Assembly (NCBI GenBank): GCA_964304625.1
Contig: OZ199838.1
Location: 14,147,061-14,211,060 of the forward strand
Direction of reading: 5' to 3'
Length of the DNA stretch: 64,000 bases
Source: Kudoa neothunni
Lineage: Eukaryota > Animalia > Cnidaria
The stretch's first letter is position 1; the number at the start of each line of letters is the position of its first letter. Made by a program: the position numbers and the translations under genes. Shown here in pieces: positions 1 to 13,600 of this stretch. The notes below the pieces were generated by a model that saw only the letters and a list, made by a program, of their open reading frames with translations, did no database searches and was not told the origin of the DNA.

Positions 1-1400
1 TTAATCTCGGTACGTTTATAATTGATCTCAGCACCTAAACAGAAATATTCAAATTTTTTCATACCTCGCGTTAGCTAAAAAAATTTTTTGTTGTTAAATT
101 ATTTTTATATTATTAAGAGATTGAATTCAATAGATAAACCCTAATAACAGAGATCATATCGTTTTATCTGAGAGCTCCATATCCGATGATAGCGAAATTT
201 TTAATATACCAACACACAAAGAAAAACGAAAGCTGCAAAAAACTATCTTCTCCGACTTAAGAGAACAAATGTTTAGTTTCTGTTTAAGCGGAAGAAGTGA
301 TACTTACATTGCTTCCGAAATGCATCTACCAAGGTTCACCGTGTGGTCCATATTATCAAAGTTTCGCAAAACAGGAACACAAGATGCAAAACCTAAAGGC
401 AGGAAAAGACCTTCACTCCTCTCTCCTGATTAGAAGGAAAAAATTATCAGGTGGGTGGACGAATATTCTCAAATTACGTTGAAAGAACTTAAGCAAAAAG
501 TTAATGACGAGTTTGGAATAACAGTGTCCCTAAGCACGATAGACAGAGTTATCGGCAAATTTCATTACACTTTAAAATCCCTTGTAAGGGTCCCCGAGAG
601 AAGAATTTGTGAGACGACGCTTCAAAAGTGAATTGAATATGCTGAGATGTTCAGCGACTTATAAACCAATGTACCACATGAAAGTATTGTATTTCTCGAC
701 GAAGTCAGGTTTTCAATGGTCACAAGACCTAAAAGAGGTCGCTCTTTGAGAGGAACTTCTGCATATTGTTTTTTTTCTGCAGCAAGAAGCAGAAACATAT
801 CTGTAGTTGCTGCAATCAACAAGAAAGGTATCATATATAGTAAGATACACGAGCGAGCGGTTTCAGGTGAGGATTCTAAAATTTGTCTACAGGAACTAAG
901 ATCCAGCTGTGTATCAAGTGGTATTGGTAATCCTGTCTTCGATATGGACGATGTGAAAATACATCATTATAAGGGACTAAAAGAATTAATACTTCAACAA
1001 AAATTCACGATAAGATATTTACCTCCGTGTAGTCCATTCCTGAATCCAATAGAGAATGTATTCTCTGTTTGGAGAAAACTAGTTATTCGCAGGCAATATC
1101 AAAATGAAGACGAGTTGAAGAATGTGATAAAAGAGTGTTTTCAAGAAATCACATCCCGACATAGTGACGGTTTCTATCGCAAAATGTTGGGTTACATCAC
1201 CAGGTCTTCTAGAGGTGAAATTATTCTAGAATTATAATTTTATTGAGGTTATTGGAATGAATATAATACATCTTTTATCTCCGGTTCATGATTTCTACAC
1301 ATTCACACAAATTTATAGACTAAACACGAATACGCCTAATTTAACTTGCAAAAGTGCCGAGATTAACTGCAAAAATTCCGAGTATAAATGAGAAACTCTG
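1..1400 (+). mobile_element. Tc1/IS630-family (DD34E) transposon, degenerate, left end cut by the window
   Basis: The frameshifted transposase (~270-1237) contains VFLDE, MDDVKIH and YLPPCSPFLNPIE, with a D-E spacing of 34. The right end ...GAGAAACTCTG is followed by TA at 1401-1402. Its reverse complement (TTAATCTCGGCACTTTTGCA) resembles the first bases of the window (TTAATCTCGGTACGTTTATA). Confidence 0.88.
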
Positions 1401-2060
1401 TAAATCCAGTATAATGTACCAATCAACGCATAGATTATCGAGGTCAACTTTGCGTGTAACCCACGGGATGCCTCGCAGGTTGTCTCATCATTTGTGGTAA
1501 TAATAACCGGGAAGCATTTAATTTATCTCCCACCAATCGAAACGAACTGAAATAGTTGTGCCTATCTTATAACTTGACAATAAGATGGATTATGGGAGAC
1601 TGTATTCATAACGTTTATTGAGATGTTCTTGAAATTTTATATTGATTTATTTATTCGGATACTATTTTTAACATTCATAAACACACTCTTATAAAAATAT
1701 AAAATTAAGAGAAAATATAATCGCTATCATAGAGAACGTCTGGAGTCCCTTGGGCACCCCCATGGCTACACGCGTAAGTTTTTTGAACAAGGTCCTTCCA
1801 GGGTTAATGAAAACCAACGAAATACACGAAGCCACACGCACAAAGTTAAAACAACGCAGATTAACACCAAGGTTCAATAAAATCACTATGCCAAATCGCA
1901 AACTTTAATATAACAGTTAACCGAGGACAAACCGCCTCTATTTCAGAACAAAGCGAGAAAAAATCATTTTTAAAGGATAGCAAACCTAACTAAATTCAAC
2001 ATATTGTTTGAGATAGGCACCTATGCTTTGGCTTGTTCAGCGTTCTTCAAAAACAGAATA

Positions 2061-2466
2061 TCAATAAACACTCATATAAATCGAAAATTTACGGCAGTAG
2101 TAGTAGGTTTTTGGTTGGGGGAATCGTTGGGGTGGGTCACGCACCTTACGACCTTCTCTGCTTCTGACATGGACAATTCTTGAGTGCACCGCACAACTTA
2201 TGCAGTATCTCAAAAGTTGGTATAATTTGGGGATATTGTAGCTATCGTAGGCACAGGCAGATTTGAAATCAGCAACTGCAGCAGCTTCAACCATATTTCT
2301 AATGACAAATTTACGGATAGCCTTGTCCTTGGGGCAAGCTCTTCCACAATTGGTACATCTTACAAACTTAACATGTCCACGATTGTTCTTGGATCTTCCG
2401 TTATTTCTTCTCTTTTTAGGCTAAACCAATTATTAAGAACGAGCCAACGATTAACAGCCTCACCAT
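2061..2466 (-). CDS. RPS26: 40S ribosomal protein S26 (eS26)
   Basis: ATG at 2466-2464, then a 43-nt GT-AG intron (2463-2421), then [49 protein letters not shown]...[17 protein letters not shown]. The 3' end is uncertain; a last exon may lie near 2021-2045. Confidence 0.96.
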
Positions 2467-2537
2467 TGTCAGTCAAAAGGCACGTTTGGCGAATGTTAAC
2501 GAATATCACCGTAATCGCCCGGAATTTGATTGAAACC

Positions 2538-3602
2538 ATGTCAAGAGTGTTGGGTGCGTTGTCTGTTCCAGCAGCAATTTTTGCCGCTGGTTTCTATACA
2601 GGTTAATAGTTAGCTTAGGGACTTTGATAAAAATTTTTAGTTTACGCTGGTGAAAGAGCGGTAATTTTCAACAAATTCACTGGAGTAAGGGATACCGCTG
2701 CTGGTGAAGGTTTAAATTATGTGATCCCTTTTATCGAAAAAAGAATAATATACGATATTAAAACTCGTCCTCGCAGTATTTCCACTGTCACTGGAACCAA
2801 AGGTACATTTATTAGCGCACCACGAGCAGTTGATTTCCAATTTGACCGCTCAAATAAACCCCTATTTCCTGAAACTATTCCTTATAATATTTTAATTCAC
2901 TCAAAATCAGCCTATCAATTTTCTAAATCAGATTAGATATCTCTTTATTAATTAGATGAATTATTGTTGTAGATCTTCAAAATGTGAGCCTCACGATTCG
3001 TGTGTTGTTTAGACCACGTGACAAAGATCTTGCCAAGATATACAAGACACTGGGCGAAGATTATGACGATCGAATATTGCCATCAATCGCTAATGAGGTT
3101 TTGAAGGCCGTGGTTGCAAGATATGACGCTATCGAATTGATTTCTCAACGAGCAGAAGTGTCACAAGAGATTAGAACTTTGCTCACCAGACGTCTCATTA
3201 ACTATGGCATTTTGTTGGATGATATTTCAATTATTCATTTGGCGTTCGGAAAAGAATTTATGTATGCTGTGGAAATGAAACAAGTTGGTATGTTGGTTGT
3301 TTGAGATTCTCACTTTAAGTTGAATTTTTTGCTCTCAAATAGCTCAGCAGGAAGCCGAAAAAGCTAGATATCTTGTGGAGAAAGCTGAACAGGAGAAAAG
3401 GGCCGCCATTATTTCGGCCGAAGGTGACGCACAAGCTGCTGAGGTTATAGGAAAAGCATTCGCCAAATCTGGCGATGCTTTGATCACACTTAGACAACTG
3501 GAAGCTGCCGAAGAAATCGCCAAAGTTCTGACCCATTCAAAACGTGTGACCTATCTTCCAGGTGGTCAGAATGTTTTGCTTAATGTGGGCGATCAACACT
3601 AA
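2538..3602 (+). CDS. PHB1: Prohibitin 1 (4 exons)
   Basis: The spliced product contains [92 protein letters not shown] and [12 protein letters not shown]. Confidence 0.96.
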
Positions 3603-5786
3603 TTGATGTTGTGTTTTGACAAGCTGTTTGAACTATTTGTAGTTGATAATAATTGGTTCACAGACCCAATACTCTACTACTTATGTTTTTTGATGTTCTT
3701 ATTATTTTGGGCCGGTTGATTCATTGATTTTCTCACATGCGACCAGAGTATTATAGCATTTGCATTAAATAATTAATTTTGTTCGCCTTTTGTATGCGCG
3801 GATTAAAGTGAACCAATCATTTTTGGGCGATTTAGCTATGTACGTTTATTTCGATCATGATAATTTATTGGCCCATTGATAGTCACGTGAGAGGCATAAT
3901 TTATTATTTGAATTGTGTTATATATTTTTCTTATTGTATTTAATGAATACAGTGCCCTGTGTGTTTTGTGCATTCAAAAAGGGGACGAAATATAGTATGA
4001 AAAAATAGAATGTGTCTCTTTCTACAATAATGGTTCTTGCGAGAGAATTATATGATCACTTTTATTCTCGTTAGTTTTGTATGGTACAAGGCAAATTGCC
4101 AACAAATATTTTTTCAACAAAATGATAAGAATTTTTTAACATGCCATAAAAGATATAAATACGTTAATTTTCAAATTCAAAATAATTATTCATTGCACTG
4201 GATCTACCTTTAGTTTTTATCTCTTTCATAATAAAATTATTTGAAATTGACTGTATTGAATATAATATTGATAGTGGTTGAGCTAATCATTTTCATACTG
4301 CTATGGAGAGGAGTTAAGCTCATTGAATAATTTGTTATATTCACTTCGACCAAGTTAGTTTAATGTATGCAATAATTTGTTTGTCAGCTCTTTATCTGTT
4401 TGTAGTTATTATTTTCATTTCAGTTCGATTCATTGTCTTCTTCGATGTATACGTTCGGGTCAGTTAATACATCGTTTTGCATTATTATTTCGCCACAATC
4501 AGATGCAACATTATGTTGCGAGTCGGTTTATCGCTGTTTATAACCCATATGAGGATTATTAATGTTTTTATATTGACCTCAGATAACTTACAAGTCTTAG
4601 TATGTGATTACGCGGTAGTTGGTGAAAAATAAACGACGAAAATCCCCAAAACATTGCTTCCATACTTTTGATGACCACGACATAATTAAAGGAAGTGAAT
4701 ATCGGTCTGGCAGATTAGCACTGTATGCTCTATAAATTTACTTTATATTGATATACAATTAAATTTAATATATATTCCACCTAGTATTTTAACGATAAGT
4801 ATATCTATCAATTAAGCTTAATTGAAGAAAATACTCAGAAACCTATTTGGACATTTGGACACGGATAGAATAAGATTCTCGTTATTACACTCGTGAAAAA
4901 TGATACTCTTACATAAACTAATATATTTATGAATCATTGGATTAATAAGGCTTAAGTTTTCTATGAAAATATTAACATCATATTTACATATTCTGATAAC
5001 TTAACTATGTGTTACATTTACGCTTATAATGCACCTCAAAAGAAGTGTTGAAATATATTTGATTCTATTCGGGAGAATAATTAATAATTATTGATATTCA
5101 ATCTCGATATATTGATTCGTGCTAATAGGTTAGTTTATATAATGCATAACATACACAAATTCATTTAGTCAAGCGGTAAAGAAATTTGACAAAATTTATA
5201 TCGAAATTTTATGTAAATAAATTAAACTTTTGACGTTCTTTCGAATGAGTAAGTAAATGTCTCCATCCTATGTACGAAAAAAATATTAATTATATTGGTA
5301 TATTCATAAGCATGAAGCTTATTTAATGTTAATTATGTATAAGACATCACAATCATCGCCGATACGGTTTTAAATATATATCATCATTATAGAAATTGAT
5401 TGGGATTGTAGCATTCAATTTCAAAAACGAAGCTTTTGAACAAATCTATCTTATAATAGTCAGTGCTGCTCACAAAAGAAATAGTACTTATTATATTATT
5501 TAAGGAATTAAAAATGTTAAAAATATAATTTAATTTGGCATTATTCGTTCTTGCAATAAAAAGCTTTTCATCAGAAAAAATCGTAAATAATTTTGAAAAT
5601 AATACGAATAAGACTATTCATTCGTTGAAGAGATATTTTGATTCAGGTTTACAACTCTGGTTCTTTTATTTATTCTTGAAGAACTTATTACATTCGCTGC
5701 AACGCCAATACTTAGAATATGGGTCAGCACTGATATTTTGATATTTGAAATGACTCGATTCTAAGCAAATATCACAACCTATAGAT

Positions 5787-5900
5787 CAGAGTTTCTCGAC
5801 GTGGGCGTGAAAAAATTTTGGTGTGGCATAGACATTTTTAAACTTTTAATGAACCGCTCCGGTGGGACGCTGAAAATCCTGAGTAATGGTATGACACGGA
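5787..5900. mobile_element. Left end of a Buster-type hAT MITE (right end not found)
   Basis: CAGAGTTTCTCGACGTGGGCG is preceded by CTATAGAT, which fits the NNNTANNN target pattern. Confidence 0.35.
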
Positions 5901-7696
5901 TAATGGTGAGGTAATCGGATAGTATTCTGTACTTTGAAGTCAATATCGCTTATTTTTAAGTGACTATTAACATCATTGAAAACACAAAATACAATGACTA
6001 ATTATATAAAAATTAATAATATTGGAAAGAGATAATCACGCTGTGTCGATAACAATTCCCAACTGGAGTGACTCGAACATTAAAACTATGTTTGTAAACG
6101 TTGTAATTTAACAATTAGAAAATAAAGATCCTAATTTTACTTTTGGTTAAGATTACAAAATCGTGAAACGACCGTAAAACTGATCTGCCGGCCAATAGTC
6201 ATTGCTATAATTAAATTTTAAATGAACATGAAAGTTGAATTTTGAGATCATTGATTTATGAAATCATCGGAGATACGAATCAATAAACAGAATTTTCTGA
6301 TGTAAGGGAAAAAAAGTCAAAATGCACTCATTATTACATCATCAGTCATCTTGTAAGTACAAATACTCATCGATAACTTGTTTTCCCGAATAATCGACTC
6401 GCTTTTCAAAGTGTTTCTTACCGCATGTAAATATTAATAATAAAGTTGAACATTATTTATAATCAATAATTTATTTTAAAAATCTCATATAGTATTAAGT
6501 TCTTTCAAGTTGTAGAATTTGTTTTTACGCTCTAGAATTAAACATATACACTGTTTTTGCGGTAGAATAAAATATAAAAAGATAATTTGATTGACCAAAA
6601 TATAGCTCTAGGATTTATAATGCACAAAATTAATGGGAATAAAATTAATCTTTTATTCCTCGCACAAGCACCATTGTTGTGGCAAGAGACACCATCGCCA
6701 AAATATATGGTGCGTGCATTATGCTACGTTCGTCTCAAATTATGACACGAACATTTTTATCATTTTATCAAAATGAATTGTTGGTACACTCCATCCCCGA
6801 TTACTCGGAAAACTTGTGACCTGTGATTTTTTTTCCAGATGGCAAATATTCCGTGAATCAAACATTTATCCGACACCTGTTGCAATAAAATCCGAAGAAA
6901 ATTTCAAATGTTTTTTGGATAGCATGATTTCCGAATAGTAGAGGTTTCACTATATATTAATCGTGTAGGATTTGAGGTTTACTTACTGGAGAAGATATAC
7001 ATACGCCGGGTTAAAATGATGCCCCTAAAACAATTTTGAAATAAAATAGGTTTGCTTGACCTACAAATTTGGTCAATAATCTTAGTTTAACATATTTTTT
7101 AGTATAGTTTTATATTAGAAAAAATTTGTTTATTGATATCTTATTCGATCATGAGCGTGTGAATGACTGCGTTACTGTAACAGTCGAAGGCTATTACGCA
7201 TTTCGATGTGTATAAATTATCCATTGGTCAATGAAATGCTATAAGGGTGTAAAATTAGGACATTTTTTTTCTATTTATATGAAGGTATAGAATTTTTATA
7301 CAAAAATTTGAATGAGACCAATATAAATTATAAATAGTTTGTTGAATTAGAAATAATAGTCGAATATTTTTAGATTTTTGATAAGTTCAGTTAAAATAAA
7401 ACTTAATTAACGTATTATTATAGAAAACTATATAGTGTCATATACCTATTAAAATAAATGAGTTTGCGGTCGGTTACTTGAAGAGTTTCTAATGGTTGAA
7501 ATCGGTAACGGGAAAGTTTAGTGAAAGCCTTTGTATAGTTTGAAATTTAAATAATACTTCCAAGAAATTTATGTAAAGTTAGTGATAACTTTTCATAATC
7601 ACAAAACAAATCTAAATTGTTTATATTAAACGAATTGAATGGGATATACGATAATCAATAGAAGAAACCCCGATTTGATCGATCTAATGGAATTGG

Positions 7697-10600
7697 ATGG
7701 GTGGTAATGAATATCATCCGATAACAAGAAAATGTTATTTTCACAATATAAACGATTTCATGATACATCTCAACAACTGTTATTTTAATAATAGTTGCTT
7801 CAAATCAATTATTAATTTGTTGAATGAATCGAACGTAAAACTGAGCTCTCTCGATGGACTAGTCACACACGCTTATGATACAATTTTGGCGAAAATAATT
7901 GATATACTGGATGAATCGAGGTTTAATTCGTCGAGTCAATTTAACTCTGCAACCAATGTAAGTTCAATGAATTAAATCATAATTAGATAACTTCACCGAC
8001 TATTCCAGCAGATGGTTTCTATCTTTTATCCACATCATGTTCAGCTATGGTTCTTCTGCACAACTGAAAAGAAAACGAATAAATATAAACTCAGATTATA
8101 TTTAAATAATGATGAATTTCACTCTTTATTTCATTTGATCCATCTCTTAAGAAAATGTTGTACCTCTGACAATTTCCAGTGTACATATTTGATCAATAAA
8201 ACAAAAGTACCGCTATATATTATATTCGACGTCTTTTGATGAATTTAGGTAAATGATATGGATTGCGTGAAAATCGAAACGACAAAAGAATATTTTAATA
8301 ATGGAAAAATTACACAAACTGACACTGAAAATGAAAGTTTGATATGAATATGAAGGGTTTTGCGTTATTTTAAATGTTAGTTCAATTCACAATTGACAAC
8401 TCCAACATTCAAAGAAGGTTCCATTTTGAACGAAGAGGATTAAAACTCCAACCTTTTGAAACTTTACTTCCAATTTCATCCATGTATTAAGGGAACAATT
8501 TCTTTCTTTTATAGGTTAACGATAAATTTAGAGAGCAAAATAAAAAACTTCCGTATATTTTAAGTAAAATAAATTTATTTTTAAACTTTATATTTATTGA
8601 TGAATATTTTAGCAAACAACTTAAAATATCCGGATGTTAAGTCAAAGGAGTCTGCTCGAAAAGAAGATTATGCATCTTCAAAAACTTATAGTCTTAGCGA
8701 TACAAAGCAAAAGTAATATTCAATTATAGTTAATGATCAATCATGAAAGAAGATAGTTTAAAATTTATTTCGAACAAAAAATTTAAATTGCTTCTAGAAA
8801 ATTGTTTATACCTTCAAAGTTGTCTATCACCTCTTTGAGCTACCTACAATCTTTTCGAAAACCAGATTTAAAAAAAGGTTTTTTGATCCTTTTATCTATA
8901 GTGCCTTATTTTTTTAGAAGATTCCTCCTTAAAAATGGAAAATAACGTATCAGCGCTTGAAAAATTAGTAGCAGATAATCCTTCTATGAGAATAATAGGA
9001 AATATAGGGCATGGCGAGTTCTCATTTGTGTACTGTGTAATTATAAAGTGAGTTGAAGTCAGATATCTCTTAATGTTTTATTTTTCATTCGGTAGCTCCA
9101 AAAAATATGCTCTTAAACATTACAAACGACATTCAAACAATATCGTAACGAAAAAATGATAAATATATTCTTAATCATTTTTGAACTCATTATCTAGAAG
9201 GCAATGATAGATAACGAAGTGAGAATCCAAACCAAACTAACACATTCAAATATAGTCGCTACATTGGAAATATATAAGGATTACAATATCATAACGAGTG
9301 TACTACTGGAATATTGTCAGGTAACAAATTACGATGGAAATATATTGTATAGATATAGTTAAGAATGGGGATCTATTTACATTGATCTCGAAGTATGGGC
9401 GGCTCACTGAGGAAATATCCAAATCAGTGTTGAAACAATTGGCCAGCGCGGTCAATTATATACATCAACGAAAAATAATTCATAGAGACCTGAAAACTGA
9501 GAATGTAATGGTAAGTTATTTTTATCGGTCAATATTTCTAAATACTTCGAGAAGCCAGTGTGGAGTTCTCGTGGTCCTAATAAATTAATATTTAAAAAAG
9601 ATGGTACAATATAAGTTAGATAAATAGTTTAACGCCGTTGATAAAAAAAGAGGGTGTCTCTAACATCCTAATTTTTGTTTTTTACTAAATTTGTCTTTTA
9701 AGATTATAAAGCACATCTTCAGAATTTTTGTACCCTTATAATTTTTAAATTTCTCTTGTTTAATAAATTTAAATTATTATCTCTTCAAAAATTTGAAGTT
9801 AAATAAGGCATCTTTAAAGATGGGCCAATTTTTTCGCATTATTAATTTTTGAAAATTCTCTGGAATAATATTTATAATAATGAAATATTTATTTTTGATG
9901 AAAAATTAAAATTAAATAAATGTTGAATAAGCTTAATAACGTTTTGTGTCACCTCTTGCCAATGGGATATGACGAATACAGAATTATTCGGAAGTTATCC
10001 AAGAAGTCACGAGAGTAACATTTCAATGTTTATATAGATGAAAAATAGGTATAGATATTTTATACTTATTTGAAATTCTATGTCAAATTTATTTTTATCA
10101 AAATAATAAAACCAAAAGTTCGTATATGATTTCTTATTCTCTAAAACAATTTCCCGTTAATTTGATCTTCCCGTCAACTTATGAGATTAACAGATGCAAT
10201 CGACTAATTCCATGGCAATGCGGTTATTTGTTTTTCACATAGATGGTAGAAAACAATTAAAAATTAACGTTGACTTTTTAAAAATTTACTGATAACTCGA
10301 TTATGGCGTAGTTTATATTTTTGTTAACTAAAAATTTTTTTATTTTTCCTCCTCTAATTTTTCATCTCATTTTTACTTTGGAAATCATTTGAAGGAACGC
10401 ATTTTTTTAAACTGAGTAAAATAACATTTAGAGTTTGTGGAATGCGGAGGAGTCCCTATCGGCCCTCTCGCACATTTTTCGAGCCAAGTCTTCCAAGGGT
10501 TAAGTTGTGAGAGCCTTGTCTTACGGATAAAAAAATTTGTTAAAATAAATATAGCAAGATTTAATAGTTTTTTGAATATTATGTGTGCTGATTGAATAAA

Positions 10601-13600
10601 TTTAATATTTTAAAAACTACAAGAAAAATAATTTTCTAAGTTATTCAAAAATATAATAATACCAAATTTTTGTAATGACCAAAAGTTTAAAGCATCGTGT
10701 TTATTCGTCTAGTAAAACATTCCTTTATATAGTAGACTTTATTGACTTTCGTTGATCCCCTTGGGACCGCCAAAAAGTTACTGAATTTGTATCATTGACA
10801 GATTTTACATATTTAATTTGGATACGCACGAAAACAATAAAAATATTATTGCCAGCTTGTTTTAAATTACCATTTTAAGAAATTTGGTATATTGTAAATC
10901 TTTCATCCATCACTCCTAATTTCTTATTTTCCTCTAATGGAATGAGTAAATTTTTCATATATCTTAAAACATCATGGAATTGTTATAATAATGGGTCTTA
11001 GGATAATTTGAATACAGCGAAATTTTTGCAAACCATAAACTCAAAACTTTTACTTTAGTAATTTTTCCTTAATAAAGATCTTACTCCATATGTGAAACAA
11101 ACATTATCTTAGAAAATCTCTACATGTAAACATAAATTACCTTGCCTCGATGATAGAATAGCACAGTTTCATATAATTGTACAAAAAAGTTAATTTAAAA
11201 TCCTAAAGTAATATCACTCAATTTTTGACTGTCGATTTTGGTGACTGTTTTGAGTACATAAGAGGTTTCTGGATGAAAAATGGCCATTATTTAATTAAAG
11301 CACTACCAATAACCATAAAACCGCTCAAATCCACAAATGTGTTTCACATGAACTCTCTTGTTAATTTTTCTTACATATTAACCCTTTTATGCTCATATTT
11401 TTTGTTTCGCTTAGAAAAAAATATATTAACTTAACTATACACTATTTATTAATTTTATAAAATTGTAAAAGTTTACGATGCGTTTATCCTTATTCTTTAA
11501 GACTAAATAACGTTGTTCACTAGGGTGAACATTGGGCGCATGAGCGAAAAAACAATTATTTTCGATTTTTTTCAGTTATTATGATATAAATAAAATCAAT
11601 TTCTGTCTTTCATTATACAGCGCGGAACGTTACATTTTTTACACACAAATTGTGTATTTCGTTGACGAAGTCGACATCTACTTTTCGATGAAACTATTTC
11701 AGGGCAGTGCCCAACGTGGGCCAAACCTGAGATATTTTGACAAATCGTAATTTTTATTCTTTGGGGTATATTTAGAATCGATTTGTTCGAGTTATCAATA
11801 GAGGGGCGGTCACGCTTCGTTGCTGTAACGGATTTTTTAAGACATATCAAATCTTCGGAAGTCGATTCAGCAAAAGAGAGCAAATCTACTATATCTATAT
11901 TAGGGATGCGCTTTTCTTTTGAATTCAAATGATAAATGAGCCAAGCGTGGACTATAGCTGTAATCAATCCCCAGAAGAACATCCGCACATAATATCTTCG
12001 GCTTTTATGATTCAATTTATACAGCACCATCAACATGTCTGATACGTCAACTCCAACCATATTTCTGTTGTATTCGGCTACAACATCCGGACAAAGAATT
12101 GACAATAATTTCTTCAATTTCCGATCAATTCTCTTCACTTGGCCGATAGGTTCTAGCGACGAATGAAATGCATCGAAGATAAAATAACGACGGAACCATC
12201 ACACCACTGGGTGATGGCAATACCTTTGTTGACATCGTGATAACTTCCATAGGATCCACGCTCTCTTTTTTTTGAATTCCTTCTGCGGAGTTAGATTACA
12301 ATCTTTGATCCTATTTCTCCCAATAATCCCAACGGAGTATATGTTTCTCTTCTTCAAGTATAGCTGCAGGTCTATAGATGTAAAGCGATCGTCAAAATAC
12401 AATAAGAAAGATTCACAAGTTGGAAGGGTCTCCGACAATTTGGTGACATGATCGCCCGAAACCAAACCGCAGCTATGATTAAGGACAGGAGGTCTTCCAT
12501 CGTAAAAGTGGAAATCGTACACTATACCACTAACGTCACATCTGACAAACACTTTAAATCTCCATTTGTTTGGCTTCTCTGGAAGATATTGTTTAGTTTT
12601 GCATTTTCCCTTAAAAGGGATCATCTTTTCGTCAACAGAGTGACATCTTTGGGGTTTTACCTTCAAGCAGACAAATCGCAATGGTTCTAGGAGTGGTCTA
12701 ATTTTGGAAAATTTATCATATCCTGGCAAATAGGATCAACTACAATGTTTTGGTTGTTCAAAGCTACTCCTTGAAAAACAGTCAGATACTTTTGGATAGT
12801 TCAAAGATTTGCTCCAATAACAACGACAACGGGGCATTTTAATAATACCCATTAGGAATAACACTCCAAGAAATTTCTCCATTTCAGTAGAGTCGGTTAC
12901 AAAATTGTAGCCTCATTGGGTTGCATATAAGTTTGATTCATTACATATTAATTCAATCAGTTGCTGACTTAAGAACGGCTTGAAATAATCATACGAACGA
13001 TGTAATCCAATAGCCTTCAAAATCTTGTTCAAGTATAACTTCATCCGGTAATTTTAACCGGAATCCGTTTTTAGACCATTTGAAAGTTGAATCCATAACA
13101 TCAGCTTCAGAATCGTCAGAAACCAACGTTTCTGATATATAGTCATCTTCAGAAGGTATATTAAGCTAGAAAACATCAACATCTGATATCACAACTACTT
13201 CAGTGATGATCTGACCGTTTGGTAGCTTTGAAATATTCAAACGTGGTCCATTCCCTCTCAACGTGATTTTTGGACACGTGTCCAATGTTCACCCTAGTGA
13301 ACACGTGTTTTTGTACTTATAGCTTTTTATATTTTATATTTGAAATTTTTATATATAATATATATTATCATTAAGCTTGCACATACAACATATATTTTAT
13401 CTGGTTCTATTATTTTGATGATACGCTGTTTTTAGGGTAAAAATAATGCAATTTTAGAAATGAGAAGTAACGAAAAGTTTCACTCTACAAAAAATTGTAT
13501 ATTGCAATATCTGTTAAAAAATATACATAAAAAATAATTATATACATACAAACTTTAAAATACTCTAACTGAATAAAATATAATAATTTTTAATTACATA

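Noticed and set aside
1916-1930. 15-nt identity (AGTTAACCGAGGACA) with the Merlin right end near 27508
   Set aside because: Too short, and it does not extend into the TIR. Chance or an uninformative relic.
1920-2000. Minus-strand TTTTTCTCGCT...GGCGG...CCTCGG resembling the vertebrate telomerase RNA pseudoknot
   Set aside because: There is no CUAACCCUAA template upstream on that strand (the telomere-like word is in the wrong orientation) and no P3 partner was found.
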